Shown here piece by piece: positions 16,453 through 18,496 of a DNA stretch of 18,496 bases; position 1 is the stretch's first letter, and every line of letters starts with the position of its first letter. Position numbers and translations under genes: made by a program. The DNA is from Candidatus Altiarchaeota archaeon. Lineage in GTDB: Archaea; Altiarchaeota; Altiarchaeia; IMC4; SCGC-AAA252-I15. The notes under the pieces are model-generated. The model was not told where the DNA came from. It made no database searches and saw only the letters and a program-made list of their open reading frames with translations. Location of the stretch: NCBI GenBank assembly GCA_043804895.1, contig JAZDIN010000065.1, positions 1-18,496 on the forward strand, in the 5' to 3' direction.

Positions 16453-17850
16453 TCAGTCCTTTCCTGTCCAGCAGTATAAGCAGAGTTTTTCTTTTGGTAG
16501 GCCGATTGCGTCTGTCATGTCGTCTAGGCGCTGGTAGATGAGTGATGAGACTTCCAGGTCTCTTCTGATCCATTCGACCATCTTCTTGTGTTTTTGTGAG
16601 TCTGGGTTTAGGTATTCTTCGAGGTTCTTGCCGTCGCTGCCTTCCATGGCTTTTATGGCCTTCCTTGCAGCGAGTTCTGCGATGGTCTTTGTGGAGAGGT
16701 TGAATATGCACGGAAACATTAGGGGTGGGCAGGCGACGCGCACGTGAACTTCCTTCGCACCTGACCTGAAAAGCTTCTTTATCGTGTAGTTCCTCAGCTG
16801 TGTTCCGCGTACTATCGAGTCTTCGCACAGTATTATGCTCTTACCAGCTATGATGTCCTTATTCGGGACGAGCTTCATTAGGGCTATCTGGTCCCGTGTC
16901 TTCTGGGAAGGCGGCGTGTAGCTTCTCCCATAGCCTGGTGTGTACTTCACTATAGGCCGCCTGTACGGGAGACGGGATTCCATCGCATATCCTATGGCGT
17001 GCGCTATTCCGGAGTCAGGGACGCCAGCCACCATATCAGCATGCACGTTGTTTTTCTTGGCTAGGGCTCTACCGCAGCGTTCTCTTACAACCTCCGCGTT
17101 TATGCCCTCGTAGCTTGATGTTGGAAATCCGGTGTATATCCAGAGGAACGAGCATATCTTGTTGCGTTTCCCCTCCTTCTGGACTGACTTCATGCCGGAT
17201 TTCGTGAGTAGGACTATCTCGTTGGGGCCGACGTATTTCATGGTCTCAAGCCCGAGGTTGTGGAATGCGCATGACTCTGATGCCACAGCCCATGAGTGCT
17301 TGCCCTTGCCAATGATAAGCGGGAACCTGCCCTGACGGTCCCTTGCAGCGTATATGCCGTCCTTGTTTAGGAGGAGGATGCATAGTGAGCCTGTCATCTT
17401 GTCGAAGAATCTGTCGATCCCCTCGACTATCGAATCTGCCTTGCTTATGTATTTTGCGACAAGTTCGGTTGTGTTGACCTCCCCTTGGGATGACTCTGAG
17501 AATATCGATGAGCCCCTTATCAGCTCATCTGCTAGCTGTTCCTTGTTGTCTATCCTGCCGTTGGTGGAGAGCGCGTATGTGCCTAACTTTGACTCGAAAA
17601 CAAGCGGCTGTTCGTTGCTATCGCTTATTACGCCGATACCAGCCCATCCGACCAGTCTGGAATAGTCCTCGTAGAACTTGGATTTGAACTGGCTCTGCTC
17701 GATGTTGTGTATTTTCTTGTGTATGGCACCGTCCCTGCCCAAAACAGCCATTCCGCCGTATTGGGTGCCGAGGTGGGATTGGTAGTCTATACCTAGGAAG
17801 AGCATGTCTGAACAGCTACCCTTTGACACTACCCCGAAAACGCCACTCAT
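16453..17850 (-). CDS. purF: Amidophosphoribosyltransferase-family protein with Ser in place of Cys1
   Basis: ARDRQGRFPL, ASESCAF, GVPDSG, PRPP loop EDSIVRGT, GAKEVHVRVACPP, LCLYCW; N-terminus MSGVFG. Confidence 0.88.
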   Translation of the reverse strand: MSGVFGVVSKGSCSDMLFLGIDYQSHLGTQYGGMAVLGRDGAIHKKIHNIEQSQFKSKFYEDYSRLVGWAGIGVISDSNEQPLVFESKLGTYALSTNGRIDNKEQLADELIRGSSIFSESSQGEVNTTELVAKYISKADSIVEGIDRFFDKMTGSLCILLLNKDGIYAARDRQGRFPLIIGKGKHSWAVASESCAFHNLGLETMKYVGPNEIVLLTKSGMKSVQKEGKRNKICSFLWIYTGFPTSSYEGINAEVVRERCGRALAKKNNVHADMVAGVPDSGIAHAIGYAMESRLPYRRPIVKYTPGYGRSYTPPSQKTRDQIALMKLVPNKDIIAGKSIILCEDSIVRGTQLRNYTIKKLFRSGAKEVHVRVACPPLMFPCIFNLSTKTIAELAARKAIKAMEGSDGKNLEEYLNPDSQKHKKMVEWIRRDLEVSSLIYQRLDDMTDAIGLPKEKLCLYCWTGKD

Positions 17851-17878
17851 TTTGGAGAAGGGATATACGCATCAGAGG

Positions 17879-17890
17879 ATATATACTTAT
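17879..17890 (-). promoter_or_regulatory. Putative BRE/TATA of purF
   Basis: ATAAG-TATATAT on the minus strand about 30 nt before ATG 17850. Confidence 0.45.
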
Positions 17891-17920
17891 TTTAGTCTCA
17901 GCTAGATCTCGGGTAACTGG

Positions 17921-18496
17921 TTATTCCACCCCACTCATGTAGCGGCCTAGAGTGTATCCTTGTGGTTTTTTTATGTCCTCCCCTGCGAGGATTGCCCTGT
18001 ATGTCCTGACGGTCTCAGCTGCGTTTTCCTCAAGGTCGAGGAGGTATTCCACTAACCCTACGTCCCTGAGCTTAAGGATTTCGCTGAACATACCCAAGGG
18101 TACGCTGTTGAGTATCTGCTTGTGCCCCGCCTCCTGGCGGATGGGGAAAGTGTAGCCTTCCTCGTCTGTGAGCTTACCCTCCCGGAGGCCGTATTTTGTT
18201 GTCATCAGTGGCATCCGCCCGTGGGCGTAGACTGTGAACCGTTTGTCTTTGAAGCTTCCCATCTCATCGAATGTGAGCTCTGGGGATACTATTGGGATTA
18301 GGCCGAACCGGTTGTAGTAGGAGACATCGAGGTCGTTGAATGCGTTGCATGAGACGTCCAATCTGACTTCGCGGCATCTTATTTGTGATGCGACGCCGAG
18401 GTCGCCTGAGAGGACTGAGGAGGGTTTAGCCTCGTTTATGATTGCGATAGCCTCGTTGGCAGCCCACTCGTTAAGGCATCTTGGGACGTAGGGGCA
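17921..18496 (-). CDS. Peptidase U32-family (RlhA/TrhP-like) protein, C-terminal part (5'-truncated by window edge)
   Basis: Frame is open to base 18496 (CPYVPRCLNEW...SGDLG...LDVSCNAFN...SPELT...HGRMPLMTT...LTDEEGYTFPI...ILNS). Confidence 0.72.
   Translation of the reverse strand, partial: CPYVPRCLNEWAANEAIAIINEAKPSSVLSGDLGVASQIRCREVRLDVSCNAFNDLDVSYYNRFGLIPIVSPELTFDEMGSFKDKRFTVYAHGRMPLMTTKYGLREGKLTDEEGYTFPIRQEAGHKQILNSVPLGMFSEILKLRDVGLVEYLLDLEENAAETVRTYRAILAGEDIKKPQGYTLGRYMSGVE

Noticed and set aside
17861..17886. GGATATA direct repeat upstream of purF
   Set aside because: Short, and one copy coincides with the TATA box; not enough to call an operator.
484..18155. Many antisense and alternative-frame ORFs in the track (e.g. 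484-870, 5388-5870, 7502-8185, 10630-11190)
   Set aside because: They are shadows of well-supported genes and have no recognisable motifs.
1..18496. CRISPR arrays, tRNA/rRNA genes, transposases, integrases, defence systems
   Set aside because: All intergenic gaps are under 100 nt with no repeat-spacer pattern or cloverleaf, and no ORF carries such motifs.

Overview
Densely coding, apparently chromosomal archaeal region (TATA/BRE-like promoters, GGAGGTG/AGGTGA Shine-Dalgarno sites, Ogg2, pyruvoyl arginine decarboxylase, stand-alone receiver proteins); the lineage cannot be fixed from this sequence alone. In order: partial TPR protein, HD hydrolase, MscS channel, a divergent PurD-like ATP-grasp ligase convergent on a speB-pdaD polyamine operon, then a 7-gene O2/ROS-defence operon (rubredoxin, which the ORF track missed; stand-alone PAS; glutaredoxin; flavodiiron FprA; AhpF/TrxB-like reductase; desulfoferrodoxin; lipoprotein-repeat/Rieske fusion). 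These are followed by a PAS-PAS-GAF histidine kinase with three single-domain receivers and a membrane protein, a ferritin-like protein, an HExxH hypothetical, a His-rich small membrane protein, a DUF2064-like protein, ogg, a PurF lacking the catalytic Cys1, and a partial U32-family gene. No RNA genes, CRISPR arrays or mobile elements were seen. Most notable: the non-Tat lipoprotein-Rieske fusion, four redox genes in one frame separated only by single TGA codons, and atypical PurD-like and PurF proteins. All family assignments come from motif recognition, not database searches.
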